IMG/VR virus record: IMGVR_UViG_3300035145_003993
Location: 1 to 64,000 of that record
DNA length: 64,000 bases
Direction: 5' to 3' (one strand)
The translations under genes were made by a program, and so were the position numbers. Shown here one piece after another: positions 17,801 through 26,376 of this stretch (positions within the stretch are counted from its first letter, which is position 1; the number at the start of each line of letters is the position of its first letter). Under the pieces are notes generated by a model that ran no database searches, was not told where the DNA came from, and worked only from the letters and a program-made list of their open reading frames with translations.

Positions 17801-17929
17801 AATAAAGATAATATCAGGTTTTTCTTCTTTTAAACTTTTAAAAAGTTTTTTAAAAACAGTTTTATATTCATCATGCCTTTTAAGGCCCCTCCAATGAATG
17901 TCTGATATGTGTGCGCATTTAAAAGTCAT
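14798..17929 (-). CDS. fused Mre11/SbcD nuclease - Rad50/SbcC ATPase (T4 gp47-gp46 fusion)
   Basis: N-terminal HISDIH, GGDIVH, GNHD, FHG, GDIH, YPGS. Then Walker A GNNRAGKSS, Q-loop ASQGE, coiled coil, signature ASGMEK, Walker B IIDEGFGALD and VISH. Confidence 0.95.
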   Translation of the reverse strand: MTFKCAHISDIHWRGLKRHDEYKTVFKKLFKSLKEEKPDIIFIGGDIVHSKTQGISPEIIDHLIWWFNSLSEIAPTHIILGNHDGLILNKDRQDAITPLINALNNRNIYLYKDSGTYPTGIKGFNWCVFSCFDEENWNSVKPIPGEINIACFHGAVWGSKTDIDWELEGEVSLNFFEDYEFTFLGDIHKFQYLDPEKKVAYPGSTIQQNYGEDIKKGYLLWEINNSNDYKSKFIPIDNPHPFITVDWKGSVENTLPFLEKIKKESRFRIRSNSNITQVEIRLLHHYLKEEKKAKEIVYQNTGKNNIDLSSISQEKSKSFNIRNKKNRKSLLKEFFGEVIDEDETIKVNNLFENYLDQIPDEISSSNNTNWSIHQLNFDNTFSYGKNNLINFDNLEGVVGLFGNNRAGKSSIPGTLMYCLFNSTDRGSIKNQNIINTRKGSCKAKAIISLGQSKYEIERSTVKNSSKNGKISSTTNLVLKNYQDSEELNETEEQRRETEKTIRSLFGTSEDFLYTSFASQGEMNTFIKEKSSARKSVLTKFLKLDLYEELYKKSREDYVILKNKHKNLEEKNWKDLITQSKNKILELENLTEKIKFNLSELREKEVNIKVKISNLEKQNKQHPSGYTLEKITNEINYLNNRLDSDQSNILDFENKLESNKNFLEKISDFKKNYSIKNLEEDKSRLDELRIKLNNVKRNKLFINEELKRNNNSLKILEEVPCDESFSSCKFIKDAYSSKDNIKSLNKEIRKIEIDMIEISSAIKSIEKENLEEKIKKFNDLLNKEYKTNIDIERNNEKISYTKEKLESNKEKIKKLEIIRDEIKDITNDDLNNEIIKLKRTLNDISSDIYDYDNSIIKNNKDIFVLESQIEILNKEKNDYYSLINSWKTFDLFSYAISKKGIPTMLINNSLPLINNEINKILSGVATFKINLEDDGTNLNVYIDYGDSKRIIECASGMEKMITSIAIRVALINISSLPKSNIFIIDEGFGALDDSNIEACSRLLTSLKKYFKTILVISHVDSIKDIVDKNIEISRKGNDSYVFCS

Positions 17930-17937
17930 ATTATTCC

Positions 17938-18921
17938 TTAAAGCATTGCTATTTTTGTTAATAGTAAATCGTTTTCTTTGTATTCTTTAGCACTTTCATA
18001 ACTTTCTTGAAACTGTAAGAAAGTCATATCACCAACATCTTCAGCAATCCTAGTATCTAGGATTTTTACTTCAATATCAAATTCTTTTAATAATTTAGCA
18101 ATTTTTAAAGTTTTAAAATAAACATCTTTGTCTAAAGCAAGATAAACTTTAGTTTTATTTTCTACTATTTTCTTAAAAAGTTTCATGTCGTATGTTAATG
18201 ATGACCCTAATAAACAAGTTGCATTATCATTGGTTTTTAATAAATCCAAAGGTCCTTCAACCAAAGTAAGAGGTTTTTTCCAATCTATATTTAATTCATT
18301 AAAAATAATATTTTTCTTAGATACCGATGCATTTTTATATTTAATCGGACTTGATGAATCAACATCTATTTTACGTGATGTATAAAAATTTATATTACCA
18401 TTTTCATCGAAAGAAGGAATTATTAAACTTCTTGAGTATTCTTGATTTAAAGAACAACCTAGTTTTAAAAACCACATTTTATGTTTATTAATTCCTCTTT
18501 TTATAACATATTTAAAAACGTCGCGAATATCTGGGTGTCTAGAATTAAATTTATTTGCTAATAACATAAAACCTTCAGGTAAAGTTACAATTTCTTCTTC
18601 TTCTTCACAAATAGGTTCACCAAATAAATTTATATTAAAATCATTATTCGATGATTTCTTTTTAAATAATTTTTTAGCTTCTTGAACTTTATTTTTATTT
18701 AATTTACTTACAATATAAGAAACGTCAGATCCTTTTTTATCACATAACCAACAGTGATAAAAATTCTTTTCAAGATGGATTGCTAATTTTAGTTTGCTTT
18801 TATTATCATGTCGACAAAATGGACACCAAATACTAATATTGAGTCCGTCTTTTGATAACTTAGAATAACTTGTTATATTTTCTATAAAGTATATTTTATT
18901 ATTTATGTTTGATTCTTTCAT
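17938..18921 (-). CDS. DnaG-type DNA primase (T4 gp61-like)
   Basis: Zinc finger CPFC...HCWLC; LIIP; KYKN; TOPRIM LVEGPLD and ALDKD; DVGD. Confidence 0.92.
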   Translation of the reverse strand: MKESNINNKIYFIENITSYSKLSKDGLNISIWCPFCRHDNKSKLKLAIHLEKNFYHCWLCDKKGSDVSYIVSKLNKNKVQEAKKLFKKKSSNNDFNINLFGEPICEEEEEIVTLPEGFMLLANKFNSRHPDIRDVFKYVIKRGINKHKMWFLKLGCSLNQEYSRSLIIPSFDENGNINFYTSRKIDVDSSSPIKYKNASVSKKNIIFNELNIDWKKPLTLVEGPLDLLKTNDNATCLLGSSLTYDMKLFKKIVENKTKVYLALDKDVYFKTLKIAKLLKEFDIEVKILDTRIAEDVGDMTFLQFQESYESAKEYKENDLLLTKIAML

Positions 18922-19486
18922 TATAAAGTGCTGCCTTACAAATTACATAAGCGTCAGACATATCATAACAACAATCATCAAATTTTACACTTCCTTTATT
19001 AGGTCCTCGTGACAAAATCCTTTCAGGCCATTCAAAAATAAAATTATTTTTCTTAAAGTCTTCTTTTACCCAATCAAAAACTTGTTCTTTAGTATTCTTA
19101 TCTAGTTTTTTATTTAATTTAATTCCTAGGTTTTTTCTAGCACTATTAACATTTATATAGTCTGGAACAACTGAATATACTTCAGATGCAATGTAAGAAA
19201 CAATACCATTAAACCTATTTAGTTGTGACAAAGTCTTTGCTGAAGAAAATCCTTTACTGAATGATTGAAAACTTTCTTCTATACTTAGATTAATATCTTC
19301 TTCAAAGAAATATTTTTCTTTATAACTTGTAAAACTATCTTTAACTATTTTAGACTTATTAAAAATACATGATAGCTTCTTTAAATTAATATTCTCTAAA
19401 TTTATTAAATCTCCATTTAAATCTAATAAAGATACTCCAATTATTGAAGTAGATATATCTAAACCAATATATTTTACTCTGTTCAT
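18899..19486 (-). CDS. ruvC: RuvC-like Holliday junction resolvase
   Basis: IGLDISTSIIG, SIEE, RFNGIV, ARK, KEQV, DMSDAYVI. Confidence 0.85.
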   Translation of the reverse strand: MNRVKYIGLDISTSIIGVSLLDLNGDLINLENINLKKLSCIFNKSKIVKDSFTSYKEKYFFEEDINLSIEESFQSFSKGFSSAKTLSQLNRFNGIVSYIASEVYSVVPDYINVNSARKNLGIKLNKKLDKNTKEQVFDWVKEDFKKNNFIFEWPERILSRGPNKGSVKFDDCCYDMSDAYVICKAALYNERIKHK

Positions 19487-22400
19487 TAATAATCCATCTT
19501 TAATCTGAATAGCACATTATCAGTATCTTTCTTAGGATAAGGCTTAACAACTTTTGCCTTAGCTACAACATTAAGATTCTCATCATGTAAATTTATATCT
19601 GTAATATATACAAAATCTTCATCAGAGTTAAATGCAGATTCATTAAGCCTAAGGTCTTTAATATAAGATTCATTATAAGATTTGTTAGTTCTTCCTGCGT
19701 AAGCAGGTAAATTCAATTCTAAAACATTTAATCTTGAAGAACATTTAAAATCTAATTTATAACTACATTCACCAAAGTTTTCTAATGAAGGGTGAAGAAC
19801 AGTTATAATTCCTTCATTATACAAACAATGACCAACATAATTCCAGTCTGCATGTTTTGTATATGAATCTGCTCTATACATTGTTCCTTTACCATTATCT
19901 TTTAGATTTATTTTTTTTGAACCAAATGTTCCTCTTAAATCTGGATCATAAAAATTTACAGATTCTTTTTCTATTTTTTTACCAAATATTTGTGTTGAAA
20001 TGCAAAATATTTTACTAAATGTTTCAGATTTATCATTATTTAAATTGTAAAAAGGAAGTTCTTGCTTATAATAAGGAATAAAATTAGATGAAGAATCAGT
20101 TAAAGATAATTTCTTAGTTGATATATTAGGTAAATGACTTGCTACGCTATTAGAATAATCATCATTTATTTTCCTAGTTACAGGGTTAGATAAATCTTTT
20201 AAATAATTACTTCTGCTTACTTCTATAAATTGATTATCTTTAGTAATATTTGGATTTTTATACTTGATTAAAAACTTTTCACTATCCTGCGACCTAATAT
20301 CAAAATCTTCTCTGAAAAAATTATTCAGTGACAAATTCATAAAATTATCATAATTTTCTTTAAACTTTTTTGTAGATGATATATTAAAGTCATCTCTTTC
20401 GTCTAAAATTCTTAGTCTACCTATTTGGTTATAATACTGATTGAGATCAGGATTAGTTACATTTTGAAGAAGATTATTACTACTAAATATTTGTTCGTCA
20501 TCAAATAAACTGTTTAAAGAAATATAATTAAGATCAAGTTCATTATATTCATTATTATGAATCGTGTCTTCACTACCTACTTGATAATAATTTTTCAAAT
20601 TGTTTTTATTCTGGTTTTGTAAACCATTATCACAAGGTAAAATAAAATTATTTCTATATTCTAAATAATTGTCAAAATAAAAAGTATTTATTTCATTATT
20701 GATTATGAAATTAAAATCACCATTAGAAATAAAAGGTTTTAAGTAGTTAAAATAAATTTCATTTATACTTAATCCTTTTTGACAACCTAAATTAATAATG
20801 TCTAATTCATCATCGTAAAATAAAGAGTTAAAAAGTTTAAAAGTATTCTGGTCAGAATTTATATCATCATTAAATATAATATTAGGTGAAACTTTGTTAG
20901 AAAATTCAACTACAAAATTTTCAACATTAACTTCATGTCCTAAACATTTATTTGAAAAATAATGATTTACAGGACCTTTTAATAATAAATTACTTGTATT
21001 AACTTCTGAAATGTTAACAGGGTCTGAACTAGTTCCATTTAAATTGACAATACCAGATTTTTTTATATTATTATTATAATATAAAACAGGTAAACAAAAC
21101 TCAACATTTTCTTTTGAAAAATCTTTTAAGTTATTTTTACAGATAATATAATCAATATCTCTTATATGTCTATTGTAAATTCTAATATCATGTAATTCTG
21201 CAGACAAAGCATAACTAGTATTTTCATCCATATAATCATTACTTTGATCATTAACAGGAAATAAATTATTTTTAAATGAATAATTTAGATTTGAAAAACC
21301 TGTTTCAAGATGATTGTCTTCTAAATTATTACCAAATGATATATGTTTTTTTGTATAAGATCCGATTTGATCATCATCAACTTGAGAATTTATAGAAAAT
21401 AATTTTTGATATAAATTTTCCTGTGACAAAGAAATATCATTTTCGTTTGTCATAAAATTATCAAATTTATTTCCAACACAAATAAAACTGTTATTTGTTT
21501 CTTGATGATCAATAATTAAATTATTCGTATTATTAATAATTCTATTCCCAGATAAACTTACCTTTTTAGAATCAACAAAAAGCTCTAAAACAATTTCTTC
21601 AGAGGTATTAGATAGATTTCTTTTAATTAAAAAAGTAACGTTATGCCAATTATTATAATTTAAAATGTTGTCTTTGCTTAAATAAATTGCAGATTTTTCT
21701 CCTAAATAATTAGTAACAGAGTCTCTTTTTAACTCAAACTCAGGAAGAGAAGACAAATTGACTAGAAAATTTTGAATTATTTGTTTGTTATTAACATTAT
21801 CACCAAAAACAACTAATAATCTAAATGAATCTGTTAATCCAAATGAATCTGTTTGTGTTCCTTTTACAACATATATACCAATTACACCAGGAATGAAAAG
21901 AACACAACCAGGATTAAACTGATGATTTTCAATATTTTTATTATTTTGATTTATATAAAAAGAAATTGTAAGATCTTCATTACCATTTTTAAAAAAATTA
22001 TAAATATGTCCATCAGAACTATTAATATATGGATTAGGATAAGCTAAACAATTTCTATGAGTTTTATTCGTATTTTTCTGATTTGTTATATTAAAAAAAT
22101 TTAAACAATTATAATTTGAAAAACCCCAATGAGTATTAAGAGTTCTATATTTCATGTTTTCTCTATAAAAACGATATAGATTCTTAACTGATTTCTTTTT
22201 ATAATAATTTTTATCGTCGACTAAATATTTTTGTTTTACTTTCTCGACTCCAAATTTAAATTCATTTGTATCATCTTCAATTAAACCTCTACTACTTAAA
22301 GATACGTCTTTATTAAAAAACAGGCTATTTATATCTGATTTATTTTTAATAAAATTTAATTTCTCTAGTCTTCTACTAGATTTAAAATTTATAGATTTAT

Positions 22401-22677
22401 TATCTATTTCTACAAAGTTATTAAAACTAGAATCATACAATGAATCTAACAAAAAACTTCTTTTATATTTATCGACTGTTCCTGTATCACCTTTTTCAAT
22501 TGTATAATCATTTAAACTAGAAATTTTTGAATTTAATTGACCATAAACACCATGACTTTCTATTTCTAATGAATTCAAATCACTACAAAGAACTGACGCA
22601 GAAACGTATGTTTTTTGTGGCTGTAATTCGATTGTATTTCTTACAATCATTTTATCATCAATAAGATTTAAAGTCAT
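19486..22677 (-). CDS. baseplate/tail structural protein with a LamG-like domain and C-terminal tail-collar-like half domain
   Basis: LTISFY..NNWHNVTF..LFVD..LHDIRIYNR; ends VYITDINLHDENLNVVAKAKVVKPYPK..FRLKMDY. Confidence 0.65.
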   Translation of the reverse strand: MTLNLIDDKMIVRNTIELQPQKTYVSASVLCSDLNSLEIESHGVYGQLNSKISSLNDYTIEKGDTGTVDKYKRSFLLDSLYDSSFNNFVEIDNKSINFKSSRRLEKLNFIKNKSDINSLFFNKDVSLSSRGLIEDDTNEFKFGVEKVKQKYLVDDKNYYKKKSVKNLYRFYRENMKYRTLNTHWGFSNYNCLNFFNITNQKNTNKTHRNCLAYPNPYINSSDGHIYNFFKNGNEDLTISFYINQNNKNIENHQFNPGCVLFIPGVIGIYVVKGTQTDSFGLTDSFRLLVVFGDNVNNKQIIQNFLVNLSSLPEFELKRDSVTNYLGEKSAIYLSKDNILNYNNWHNVTFLIKRNLSNTSEEIVLELFVDSKKVSLSGNRIINNTNNLIIDHQETNNSFICVGNKFDNFMTNENDISLSQENLYQKLFSINSQVDDDQIGSYTKKHISFGNNLEDNHLETGFSNLNYSFKNNLFPVNDQSNDYMDENTSYALSAELHDIRIYNRHIRDIDYIICKNNLKDFSKENVEFCLPVLYYNNNIKKSGIVNLNGTSSDPVNISEVNTSNLLLKGPVNHYFSNKCLGHEVNVENFVVEFSNKVSPNIIFNDDINSDQNTFKLFNSLFYDDELDIINLGCQKGLSINEIYFNYLKPFISNGDFNFIINNEINTFYFDNYLEYRNNFILPCDNGLQNQNKNNLKNYYQVGSEDTIHNNEYNELDLNYISLNSLFDDEQIFSSNNLLQNVTNPDLNQYYNQIGRLRILDERDDFNISSTKKFKENYDNFMNLSLNNFFREDFDIRSQDSEKFLIKYKNPNITKDNQFIEVSRSNYLKDLSNPVTRKINDDYSNSVASHLPNISTKKLSLTDSSSNFIPYYKQELPFYNLNNDKSETFSKIFCISTQIFGKKIEKESVNFYDPDLRGTFGSKKINLKDNGKGTMYRADSYTKHADWNYVGHCLYNEGIITVLHPSLENFGECSYKLDFKCSSRLNVLELNLPAYAGRTNKSYNESYIKDLRLNESAFNSDEDFVYITDINLHDENLNVVAKAKVVKPYPKKDTDNVLFRLKMDY

Positions 22678-22693
22678 AATATCTCTCTTTTAA

Positions 22694-23911
22694 TTAGTAA
22701 TCAAGTCTTACGCTAATAGATAAATCAACTTCTGGATTTTTTTCAATTGGTCTTGAAGTTTTTGCAACTGCTAGTAATTCATTTGAAGCATCGTATAATC
22801 CTACGGTAGTAACATAAGAAAAAGGATCGTCACCTCTATCTTGAATACTCATAATATTCCCATCAGAATCAATATATGTAGGATTTGTTGAAAAATTAGC
22901 ATCATTAGGACCTACACGACAAAAGTATATCATTGAATTAATACTTGTTTGATTAATATAACCTATTGCAGATCTATTATCTCTACCAAATCTAGTATCA
23001 GAAATATGATCAATTATATCATCAATTGATCCAGAAGTCCATAACCCTGGAATTAGTGAACTAGAAATAGGTGTAGTACTATTTGAAGTATTTACAGATG
23101 AAATATTACCATAAACAGTTTCATCATATGCAAATATCTTTTTAGCGTCTAAAACTACAATTCCTTTATTATAAAATATTAATCCTACCTTATTATTACT
23201 ATCATCAACAATAGATCCTATTTGACCAGACACAGTTGATACATTTAAGTTAGAACTAGCTCCTGCATCTGAATATAAATTAAATGTATCTGTTCTAGAT
23301 ATATTCTTATCAATATTAGGGTTACTAGCATCAGACCCAGCATCTAAATTTTTATGAATCTTAATAGAAAATTGTTCTTTTTCTAATCCATCTCTAACAA
23401 ATAATCTTTTAAAATTGATAAAAACAGCATCTTCAATCTTTTTAGTAGCATCATCTGTAGCTTCAAAAGGTGTATAAAAATAAGAGGTTGCATTTCCTAA
23501 TAAAGATTGTGCATATTGTTGATATATATAAATCTTTTCTCTCATCATTAATGTATCATTACTAAATACTAACTTTCCACTAGCATCAGTCGTCGGAGAA
23601 AGATCTGTAACAGTTGTACTTTCTAAATGAGATCCAATTGTAATATCTAACATTTCATTTGAAGTTTGAAAACTGTGATCTTGATCAAAAACTGTTTGAT
23701 AAAGTGAAGAAGTTACTGATCCTGAAGTTTCTAAACCACCAGAAACAAAAACTTCATATTTTTTTCTAGTATTTGTAGGTGTTGTAGTAGTTACACCCTC
23801 TGTCGTAGTATCATATTTACTTGCAATATCTACTTGAAGAATATCTACTAATTGTCTTATGTTAGATTTTTTACTAACTTTATCTGAATTTGATATTTCA
23901 AAATATGTCAT
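22694..23911 (-). CDS. baseplate/tail structural protein with C-terminal tail-collar-like half domain
   Basis: VGLIFYNKGIVVL; ends SYVTTVGLYDASNELLAVAKTSRPIEK..SVRLDY, a paralogous end to the downstream gene. Confidence 0.7.
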   Translation of the reverse strand: MTYFEISNSDKVSKKSNIRQLVDILQVDIASKYDTTTEGVTTTTPTNTRKKYEVFVSGGLETSGSVTSSLYQTVFDQDHSFQTSNEMLDITIGSHLESTTVTDLSPTTDASGKLVFSNDTLMMREKIYIYQQYAQSLLGNATSYFYTPFEATDDATKKIEDAVFINFKRLFVRDGLEKEQFSIKIHKNLDAGSDASNPNIDKNISRTDTFNLYSDAGASSNLNVSTVSGQIGSIVDDSNNKVGLIFYNKGIVVLDAKKIFAYDETVYGNISSVNTSNSTTPISSSLIPGLWTSGSIDDIIDHISDTRFGRDNRSAIGYINQTSINSMIYFCRVGPNDANFSTNPTYIDSDGNIMSIQDRGDDPFSYVTTVGLYDASNELLAVAKTSRPIEKNPEVDLSISVRLDY

Positions 23912-23931
23912 TATTTATTTTCCTTTTTAAT

Positions 23932-24693
23932 TTATTGAACATCAGAACTTGTAATAGTTACAGGAACAATCAAAGATGATTTAGTAAAGTTTCCAATTAT
24001 TTCAACTTGAGTTTTAATTTCGTTTCTATCACTTCCACTATCAGAAGTTGCATAGTATTTATAAGAATCAGTAGTAACTTTACCAATTGCTGTAATGTAA
24101 ATTTTACCGAACTTTTGATTACTAAATTCTGCTTCACCAAGTTCTCCTTCTAAAGATGCATTAATTTCATAATATGCAATATCATCTTCAACTTTGTATG
24201 GAGTCACATCATTCAATTTTAATAACTTATCAAAGACTTTTACTGTAAACTTGTTATCAATTAAAGCACTTTCTGTAAGTGTAAAATCTGAATCTTGGTT
24301 AACAAAAGTTTTAAAACTAATTGGTGCGTTTTTATTTGAAGAAGCATTAGAATTAGAAGTAATTCGAATAGGTGTTTGTTGATAATCTCTCAATTTTAAA
24401 TAAGGAAAAGCATAAATACTATTAGTATTATTTGCTATAAATGTTCTAAGTGGATATTTCAAAGCCAGCATCTCATCAGTTACTGCTTCAAAAATGGGAG
24501 TATTTTTTTCTATTTTTTCTTTACCGATAATTAAACCGTATTTTTTTAGAATAGAATAATCTACTTCGTCATCTCCTAGTCTAAATTTACTTATATTAAA
24601 AGAATTATCATTTCTGGAAAGTAATTCTCTTCCACGTTCAGTTAAAACTGCATCTATAATTACATTGTTTGTTGCGTGATTTAAAAATCCCAT
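23932..24693 (-). CDS. baseplate/tail structural protein with N-terminal tail-collar-like half domain
   Basis: MGFL..IIDAVLTERGRELLS..NISKFRLGDDEVDY..PIFEA; AGGAG RBS. Confidence 0.7.
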   Translation of the reverse strand: MGFLNHATNNVIIDAVLTERGRELLSRNDNSFNISKFRLGDDEVDYSILKKYGLIIGKEKIEKNTPIFEAVTDEMLALKYPLRTFIANNTNSIYAFPYLKLRDYQQTPIRITSNSNASSNKNAPISFKTFVNQDSDFTLTESALIDNKFTVKVFDKLLKLNDVTPYKVEDDIAYYEINASLEGELGEAEFSNQKFGKIYITAIGKVTTDSYKYYATSDSGSDRNEIKTQVEIIGNFTKSSLIVPVTITSSDVQ

Positions 24694-24721
24694 TTAATTT
24701 TCTCCTAAGTTATTCATATTT

Positions 24722-24729
24722 TATTTATA
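24722..24729 (-). promoter_or_regulatory. T4-type late promoter TATAAATA
   Basis: Exact consensus in a 43-bp gap, 28 nt upstream of ATG 24693. Confidence 0.45.
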
Positions 24730-24736
24730 ATCATCG

Positions 24737-26374
24737 TTAGTTATTAATAAAATTCTTTATAACAAATTGTTTTTCATATTTTTCAAGATCATTTAATCTA
24801 AATATAGTAAATTTAAATTTGTCGTCATTTGTGATAACATCAATTTTACTGTTGTCTCCTAAAGAAATTTCACCAAAGTCAGGTGTAACATAAAGTTTTA
24901 TGTTTTTAATATTTTTAGAAATAGGAAGATTATCAATCATTTTATCTTCATTATCAAAAAACTTGCTCTTATTTAACATAAACTCATTAGGCATATTTCT
25001 CCTAGCACCAATACTACATACTAAATCATAAATAATTTTATCTTCAAAAGGATCATATCCAACTGCAACTTGTTGTGAATAATTTGAAAAATATCCATGT
25101 GCGTCAATTGTTCTGATTGCATAAATACAAATTTTTCCTTGTTCATATAAATAATCTGTATATTCATAAGAAACTTTGTTAGGTGTTCTTATAATTAAGC
25201 TTTCTTCTGTTTCCTCTTCAGGTTCATATAGATCATCATCACTATGACCTTCAAGTTGAGCAATTACTCTAAAAGGTTCTTCTAAGTTGTTTCTTTTGAG
25301 AATTTGATAGCCTTTTGCATCATATTGATAGTCTGTTGGTTCATCCCATTCAATAAATATTTTTTTATTTTTCGTCATCCTAAACCTCAAATTATCAGGA
25401 GGTGGCGGAGCTTCTTCCTCTTTACATAGAATATCTTTTGTAATATAAGGATGATCACATATTAAATATTTATTTAAAATACATTTGTCAATATTATCCA
25501 ATTCAGAATAAAGATAAACATTATAAACAACATATCTGTAAGTCTGTCCATATCGAACAGCTTCATCTTCATAAGAAGATTTTAAATGAAGTTCGTCGTT
25601 ATTTTTGTTACTAGTTATAAATTTAGCACACAAAAAATTGTATTTGTTTCCATTCAATATGTATTTTTCAATTAATAATCCACATCTAATTCCGTTTATC
25701 TTTGATAAAAGCCTTGATCCAGATATTTCATTTACAGATTTTTCAAAAGGTTTACATTTATTAAAAATATTTCCTTGAGTACTATTTTTAATTTCTTCTA
25801 AATCTTCTTCTTTTTGATTTAAACTAAATATTAAATTATCATAATTTTGATCATAATCAACCAAGTCAGGTTCTGGAAAATCAGAAATACTATTTAATTG
25901 ATTTATATTAACGTCAAAATCTTCAGGTCTTAAATAAGACATTCTGTATGAATATGTAACTCTATCAGGTATAATAGATAATTTATCTTTATTATAAAAT
26001 GAAGATATTTTTAGTTTTTCTTCGTCGTTATCTAATCTATTAATAACATACTTTCTTTTAGGAGACAAAGTATCTAGTTTATTAAAAAATTCTAAATATT
26101 CACCTTTTAAAGAGTTAGTTTTAGATAAATTTTCTATATTTTCTATAAAGTTATCGCGATTATAATCTTTTTTATCATTTTCATTATGGTTTTCTAGACT
26201 TAATCTTATAAATCTTTTTTTATAATAAGAAAAGTCTGATATTGCTATCACATCATCGTTGATAGTAGTTTCATTTTTTTCGTAGTAATTGTAAATAAAA
26301 TCTGTATTTACTTTTAAATCATTACTCGAATTTTTGCTATTTAATGAAAATATATTATCTATAACTTTTAACAT
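24737..26374 (-). CDS. structural protein with a fibronectin type III-like domain
   Basis: PPPPDNLRF..IEWDEP..GYQILKR..YTD..YAIRTIDAHGYFSNYS. Confidence 0.65.
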   Translation of the reverse strand: MLKVIDNIFSLNSKNSSNDLKVNTDFIYNYYEKNETTINDDVIAISDFSYYKKRFIRLSLENHNENDKKDYNRDNFIENIENLSKTNSLKGEYLEFFNKLDTLSPKRKYVINRLDNDEEKLKISSFYNKDKLSIIPDRVTYSYRMSYLRPEDFDVNINQLNSISDFPEPDLVDYDQNYDNLIFSLNQKEEDLEEIKNSTQGNIFNKCKPFEKSVNEISGSRLLSKINGIRCGLLIEKYILNGNKYNFLCAKFITSNKNNDELHLKSSYEDEAVRYGQTYRYVVYNVYLYSELDNIDKCILNKYLICDHPYITKDILCKEEEAPPPPDNLRFRMTKNKKIFIEWDEPTDYQYDAKGYQILKRNNLEEPFRVIAQLEGHSDDDLYEPEEETEESLIIRTPNKVSYEYTDYLYEQGKICIYAIRTIDAHGYFSNYSQQVAVGYDPFEDKIIYDLVCSIGARRNMPNEFMLNKSKFFDNEDKMIDNLPISKNIKNIKLYVTPDFGEISLGDNSKIDVITNDDKFKFTIFRLNDLEKYEKQFVIKNFINN

Positions 26375-26376
26375 GA

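Noticed and set aside
10502-18921. Inteins or introns in terminase, portal or primase
   Set aside because: Motif spacing is normal, with no intein-like insertion and no interrupted frames.
23912-23931. Readthrough or frameshift joining the N-half and C-half collar genes
   Set aside because: There is a clean TAA followed by a separate AAGGA RBS and ATG, and nothing requires a fusion.
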